This document shows positions 60,001 to 64,000 of a stretch of 64,000 nucleotides of DNA, piece by piece. How positions within the stretch are numbered: the stretch's first letter is position 1; every line of letters starts with the position of its first letter. The position numbers and the translations under genes are program-made. The notes under the pieces are model-generated. The model ran no database searches. It had not been told where the DNA came from and saw nothing but the letters and a program-made list of their open reading frames with translations. This DNA comes from an uncultured virus (IMG/VR IMGVR_UViG_3300031673_000002) (taxonomy: Duplodnaviria; Heunggongvirae; Uroviricota; Caudoviricetes): IMG/VR virus record IMGVR_UViG_3300031673_000002; one strand, 5' to 3'.

Positions 60001-62331
60001 ATGGCTGATAAGACAGACCCGAAAGAAGGATCCTTCGCTTCCCTCGGGGAGAGCCTACCTGCGTCTCTGAAGGCCGGGCTGTCCTCGCTCAGTCACCTTG
60101 ACGATTTGATTGAGAGCGCGGGGGATCTTGCACCCGCTCTAAAGTCTCTACAGAAGGTTACCGAAGCTAACATCAAGATTACCCGTGGCGACCTTGACAA
60201 GAAGAGAATCTCTTCCAAGCAGGCCACGGCAGCTCTCGATTCACAGGTCAAGATGCTCCTGAGGCTGGAGAAGGTGATCGGCGAGACCTCCGACTCTATG
60301 ATGCTTGGAGCGGAGGAGATTGCACAGTTCGGCGTAGAGGTCAGTCACGCGAAGGGGTTTGTCCAAGAACACAACAAGGCGCTGTACAAGGGATCCTCGG
60401 CTCTCGAAGAGCGAATTAAGATTGATGAGCAACAGATCGTCGTCGAGAAGAAACAGCAAGAGGCCGTCGAACGGAGGACGGAAGCCGAGAAGGACGCTAC
60501 CGAACGTTACAATGATACCAGAGAAGCTCTTGGTAATCTTGGAGAAACGCTGGGTCAAACGACCGTTGACGCGAAGGCGATGGGTCACTCCCTTGCCGCT
60601 CAGTTCAAGGGAACCATGGGGCGTGCATCGCAAAGGCTAGGTTTCCGTGATAGGGAGGGCAACCTTTCCCGCCGGGGCAAAGCAGGTCTTCTTGCTGGTG
60701 GTGTCATCGCGGCGGTTGTCGGTACCGTGATGAAGATTGCGGAGAAGCAGCGCAAGGCCCTCGTATTGGTAGCCGCAAGAGAGTTCCAGTACGGCTCTGT
60801 GGCGACGATCGACGCGGGACGGAAGAAGGCTGAGGTAGCGCTGGAGCGGGTGCGAAAAACCGCGCGTAGCTTCGGGCAGGATATGGAAGAAGCCGAGGCT
60901 ACGCTCGGCAAAGTAGCTGCTCAGACGGGAGCAAGCTACGACGATGCGGGCGACGCCATCGAGCGTATCTCAGGTCTCGCTCTTGCAGGCTTCGGGTCTG
61001 TCGCCGAACTCGGTGAACGAGTCATCACCATCGCCAATGACATGGGCGTGTCTACCGATGAGGCTTCCCGAATCATGGAGGACGTGGCCATAACCGCGAA
61101 GTCGATGAACCTGGCCCTGGGTGGCGAGGGCGCCGTCACACAGATGGACGACTTCTTCGCGGCTACCATGCGTGTTGCTGAGTCCGTCGATGGGCTGACA
61201 GTAAGCCACCGCGGCCTCGCCAAGTCGATGGCGGTCTCCCTGAAGGCAGGCAAGAACCTCGACCTCAGCTATAACCGCCGCATCAAGGCGGCGGAGGGGC
61301 TGACCCGCGCGCTGGCGTCTAACTACGACCAGGGGTTCGCTACGCTCAACATCAATGAGGACCTTGATGCTGCGATGAAGAGCACCGAAGAGGGCTCGTT
61401 TTTTGCCAAGGAAGCTGCCGACATCAAGGACCTCCTTGACCGCGGTGTAATCCATCAGGGCCAGGCTGCTCAGATGCTCAAGGAAAGCGGGGCAGGGTCG
61501 ACTGCCGAGGTGTCCAGCGCGCGCATGGAACGCAGCGCCCTTGCACTCGTCAACGGCAACGCCTCGCTGGCTACCGCGATGCTCGGCGAGCTAAGCAAAG
61601 ACCAGATCATGCTTCTTGAAGAAATCGGAAACCAGTTGAAATCTGGCAAGACGCTCGACACGATGGAGCTGTCCGACGTGGCCCGTAGTGACTTCCAGGC
61701 CATGAAAAATGAAGTCGCACGTCAGACATCGTCGACCGCCTCTAACCTCATGGGAGAGTCGATGGACTCTCTTATGACGTCGCTGTCTGGTACCTTTGCC
61801 ACGACGCTGAACCTGATCGTAGATGCCCTGACCAGCATCCGCGACGCTGTGGAATGGTGGAAGGGGGTCTTCAAGAACTCGCGATGGTTCAAGGGCGATG
61901 ACAAATCGGTAAACGAGAAGATCGCCGCAGAGAAGAGAGCGCGTGATGTCCTCATAGGTGGGCAGCAGCTTAACCACCGTGTCGCGGGACTAGCCGGAAA
62001 AGGGACGACACTGGATTCCCTGAACAACTCCCCCGGTAAGGCCATCGACATGCTCGCGTCCGACAAGACCTTGCAGGATAAGTTCCGGGCCAACGGGCGC
62101 GGCCTTGACCCGAAGATGATTACTGCTATCAATGATAGGTTCGGCAAGGACAAGAAGGCGGAAGCAGCCGCTCTCATCTCCTCTCTCCAGCCGAGCGGCG
62201 TCGGTACCCTGGGCCGCATGAAGCCCGACGGGTCGCAAGACCTGAATGTCAAGATGAAGAACTCCGCTGACAGAACGCAAGAGGCCAACAGCATTCTGAA
62301 CGAGCAATCCGCTGCCACAGCGACCAAGTAA
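60001..62331 (+). CDS. Tape-measure-like protein (776 aa)
   Basis: Ala-rich alpha-helical/coiled-coil protein with a hydrophobic GLLAGGVIAAVVG segment; follows the chaperone pair. Confidence 0.7.
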   Translation: MADKTDPKEGSFASLGESLPASLKAGLSSLSHLDDLIESAGDLAPALKSLQKVTEANIKITRGDLDKKRISSKQATAALDSQVKMLLRLEKVIGETSDSMMLGAEEIAQFGVEVSHAKGFVQEHNKALYKGSSALEERIKIDEQQIVVEKKQQEAVERRTEAEKDATERYNDTREALGNLGETLGQTTVDAKAMGHSLAAQFKGTMGRASQRLGFRDREGNLSRRGKAGLLAGGVIAAVVGTVMKIAEKQRKALVLVAAREFQYGSVATIDAGRKKAEVALERVRKTARSFGQDMEEAEATLGKVAAQTGASYDDAGDAIERISGLALAGFGSVAELGERVITIANDMGVSTDEASRIMEDVAITAKSMNLALGGEGAVTQMDDFFAATMRVAESVDGLTVSHRGLAKSMAVSLKAGKNLDLSYNRRIKAAEGLTRALASNYDQGFATLNINEDLDAAMKSTEEGSFFAKEAADIKDLLDRGVIHQGQAAQMLKESGAGSTAEVSSARMERSALALVNGNASLATAMLGELSKDQIMLLEEIGNQLKSGKTLDTMELSDVARSDFQAMKNEVARQTSSTASNLMGESMDSLMTSLSGTFATTLNLIVDALTSIRDAVEWWKGVFKNSRWFKGDDKSVNEKIAAEKRARDVLIGGQQLNHRVAGLAGKGTTLDSLNNSPGKAIDMLASDKTLQDKFRANGRGLDPKMITAINDRFGKDKKAEAAALISSLQPSGVGTLGRMKPDGSQDLNVKMKNSADRTQEANSILNEQSAATATK

Positions 62332-62337
62332 CGACGA

Positions 62338-62366
62338 GTGACACCCGCTACTTTCTGCTATAGATT
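62338..62366 (+). promoter_or_regulatory. Putative sigma70-type promoter (probably leaderless transcript)
   Basis: GTGACA-N17-TAGATT, 8 nt before ATG 62375, with no SD. Confidence 0.45.
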
Positions 62367-62374
62367 GGCTCAGC

Positions 62375-62650
62375 ATGACCGTACGAGCGAAGTCCGAACT
62401 CAGTAAGGCGTTGTCGTCGGGGAACGTGAAATCCCTTATGGCTAAGTCAAATGTAGTTGGAGAGCTTCAGGTTCAAGTCATCAACCATGACGGAAAGATG
62501 GACACCATGTTCATCCCCTCATCAGCGGGAGGGCACGTCCGGTGGGTCAACCTGTTCAGCTTCGCCCCCGCAAGTGAATGGAAGAAGTCGCGCTCGCTCA
62601 TGGCAGCCGTTCGTGCCGGGCATCTGACCGTGAAACTTCAGAAGGACTAG
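62375..62650 (+). CDS. Hypothetical protein
   Basis: 91 aa; WKKSRSLMAAVRAGHLTV. Confidence 0.65.
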   Translation: MTVRAKSELSKALSSGNVKSLMAKSNVVGELQVQVINHDGKMDTMFIPSSAGGHVRWVNLFSFAPASEWKKSRSLMAAVRAGHLTVKLQKD

Positions 62651-62734
62651 CTTATAGCCAGGCATCTGACCGTTAAACTCAGAAAGACTAGCTTATAGCC
62701 AGGCATCTGACCGTTAAACTTCAGAAGGACTAGC
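62619..62734 (+). repeat. Tandem repeat, 42+41+33 bp, duplicating the 3' end of 62375-62650
   Basis: ggcatctgaccgt(g/t)aaact(t)cagaa(g/a)gactagcttatagcca at 62619, 62661 and 62702. Confidence 0.95.
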
Positions 62735-62759
62735 CAATCTGGCTTTGAAAGGAACTGCC

Positions 62760-63203
62760 ATGAGAATCAAGGTTTGCAATCTCACCTCCGGTCTGCTGGT
62801 CCTCCCGCCTCCGTTGAGCATCAGCCTCACGTCGGGTGAGAACCGTCTTTTGACATGCAATGACAGGGATTACCTGGACCTCCAGCGTTCTCCGGTGTTC
62901 GCACGTCTGAAGCGGCAGAACCACATCGCCATCATGGAAGTCGAGGCGGCTCCGAAGCCTGTCGCTGCTGCTCCTGAGCCCGCTCCTGAGCCCGCCGCCC
63001 CTGCGCCCAAGGAAGCTACCCCAGAAGCTCCTGCGGCGACTGAGGAGCCTGTGAGCCCCGCTGAGCCAGAGACGAGCGAGGAGCCCACAAAGCCCGCGCC
63101 GAAGAAGACACCCAAGAAGAAGTCAAAGAAGAAGGCGGCAAAAAAGAAGTCGACCGCCGCTCCTTCCCCTTGGGGATACAAGACGAACGACGAACCTGAA
63201 TGA
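62760..63203 (+). CDS. Protein with small N-terminal domain, Pro/Ala/Glu linker and Lys-rich tail
   Basis: AAAGGA upstream of ATG 62760; N-terminus resembles 50488-51024. Confidence 0.7.
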   Translation: MRIKVCNLTSGLLVLPPPLSISLTSGENRLLTCNDRDYLDLQRSPVFARLKRQNHIAIMEVEAAPKPVAAAPEPAPEPAAPAPKEATPEAPAATEEPVSPAEPETSEEPTKPAPKKTPKKKSKKKAAKKKSTAAPSPWGYKTNDEPE

Positions 63204-63673
63204 AGGACGACGTCCGGAAAAACCGGGCGGTCGCACTCAAGGTCAAGTGTTTCGTATGCCTAACGGAAGAACCACTTCCGACGGCAGAGGACCATCATCG
63301 GACGCCCCGTGCCTTTGGTGGTACTGACGACGAGAGTAACCGCGTCTGGCTCTGCGCGTCCTGTCACGCCCGGCTCCATCGCGTTCAAGGGTTTCTCTTG
63401 AAGGGGGAGGCCGCGTCTGCCTATGACCTATGTCAGTCCATCTTCCCCACAGATGGTCGAGCACGAGGACAGCTATGGACACTCGCAAACGAAGCAGCCG
63501 ACGCCGAGAGGGAAGTGAAAGAGTCCTTCGGGAGCCACAGAACACACCAGAAAGTCACACTTACAATAGATGCAGACACTTGGTCTGTGATCAAGGCCCA
63601 GGCGAAGGACAGGAAAATGTCCGCCAGTCAGTATGCTGCTTCGCTTCTTCGGCGTGCAGCATCGGGGGAGTGA
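63200..63673 (+). CDS. HNH endonuclease fused to a ribbon-helix-helix domain
   Basis: CFVC..DHHRTPRAFGGTD..N..LCASCH..H; C-terminus KVTLTIDADTWSVIKAQAKDRKMSASQYAASLL. Confidence 0.8.
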   Translation: MKDDVRKNRAVALKVKCFVCLTEEPLPTAEDHHRTPRAFGGTDDESNRVWLCASCHARLHRVQGFLLKGEAASAYDLCQSIFPTDGRARGQLWTLANEAADAEREVKESFGSHRTHQKVTLTIDADTWSVIKAQAKDRKMSASQYAASLLRRAASGE

Positions 63674-64000
63674 TGTCGAAAGAGCCTGACATGGTTGCAA
63701 AAGCCCTACGATTGCTCATCGAGGCGCTAACCTACCCAGAAGACATCGACAACCGTGTAGACATGGTCAGCGGAGCCCTCACCTACGCGGGGCTGGCACT
63801 CGGCGAAGAGATCGACGTCTCCGATGACGCTCTCATCGAGGTGTTCGAGTCGCTCGCCGTCCAGACCCTCGTGGCGAAGATGGATCTCGAAGGTCTCACC
63901 GTCTACAAACTCTCGATCCAAGACCCCGATAACGAGGGTGTGGAGGTCGCGTCCATCGTGACGACAACCAACCCACTACTAGGGTCGATCATCTCACAAC
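63673..64000 (+). CDS. Hypothetical protein, truncated by the window end
   Basis: TGATG coupling with GGGGAG SD; MSKEPDMVAKALRLLIEAL.. is open to the end. Confidence 0.65.
   Translation, partial: MSKEPDMVAKALRLLIEALTYPEDIDNRVDMVSGALTYAGLALGEEIDVSDDALIEVFESLAVQTLVAKMDLEGLTVYKLSIQDPDNEGVEVASIVTTTNPLLGSIISQ

Noticed and set aside
41777..62331. Bacterial contractile injection system or tailocin rather than phage
   Set aside because: It is interleaved with phage-type polymerase, helicase, nuclease and many small accessory ORFs, and no host housekeeping genes are present.
62619..62734. Possible mini-CRISPR array
   Set aside because: The units are contiguous with no unique spacers, the first lies inside a coding sequence, and no cas genes are present.
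46653..63921. Long minus-strand ORFs (e.g. 51481-52509, 61722-62327)
   Set aside because: These are antisense shadows of the plus-strand structural operon.
1..64000. tRNA/rRNA genes and stop-codon reassignment
   Set aside because: No cloverleaf was seen in the short intergenic gaps (not scanned computationally). Long genes are intact under the standard code and end in TAG, TGA and TAA.

Overview
GC-rich, densely coding 64-kb segment of a large tailed phage genome, most likely a jumbo-type myovirus. Several features point to a myxobacterial host, but this is inference. Structural blocks are interleaved with replication and accessory genes. Minus strand 1-18.5 kb: tail-collar, baseplate, two paralogous tail fibres and LamG-type appendage proteins. 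13.9-41.8 kb: small accessory ORFs (Tad2/DUF2829-like, DUF4406, MazG-like, RyR-like, PemK-like, histone-like) plus an SbcD-type nuclease, an N4/N6 DNA methyltransferase, an ABC-type ATPase, a family A DNA polymerase with N-terminal UDG-like and C-terminal winged-helix fusions, and a DnaB helicase with a degenerate loader-like neighbour. Back-to-back sigma70-type promoters lie at about 39.5 kb. A contractile tail sheath lies at 41.8-45 kb. Plus strand 46-64 kb: virion proteins, a minimal SPOUT-like gene, patatin, a small lipoprotein, a tail chaperone pair with a probable -1 frameshift, a tape-measure protein and an HNH-RHH fusion. No tRNA, rRNA, CRISPR array, integrase or reverse transcriptase was seen. 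Most notable: a recently duplicated Cys-rich N-terminal leader carried on two unrelated proteins, with three microhomology-bounded in-frame indels; a shared C-terminal RxYxNP motif in an appendage module; a CAYYCT-N5-ATG leaderless promoter signature; and a mini DnaB/RecA-fold protein. All family assignments come from motif recognition by eye; no searches were run.
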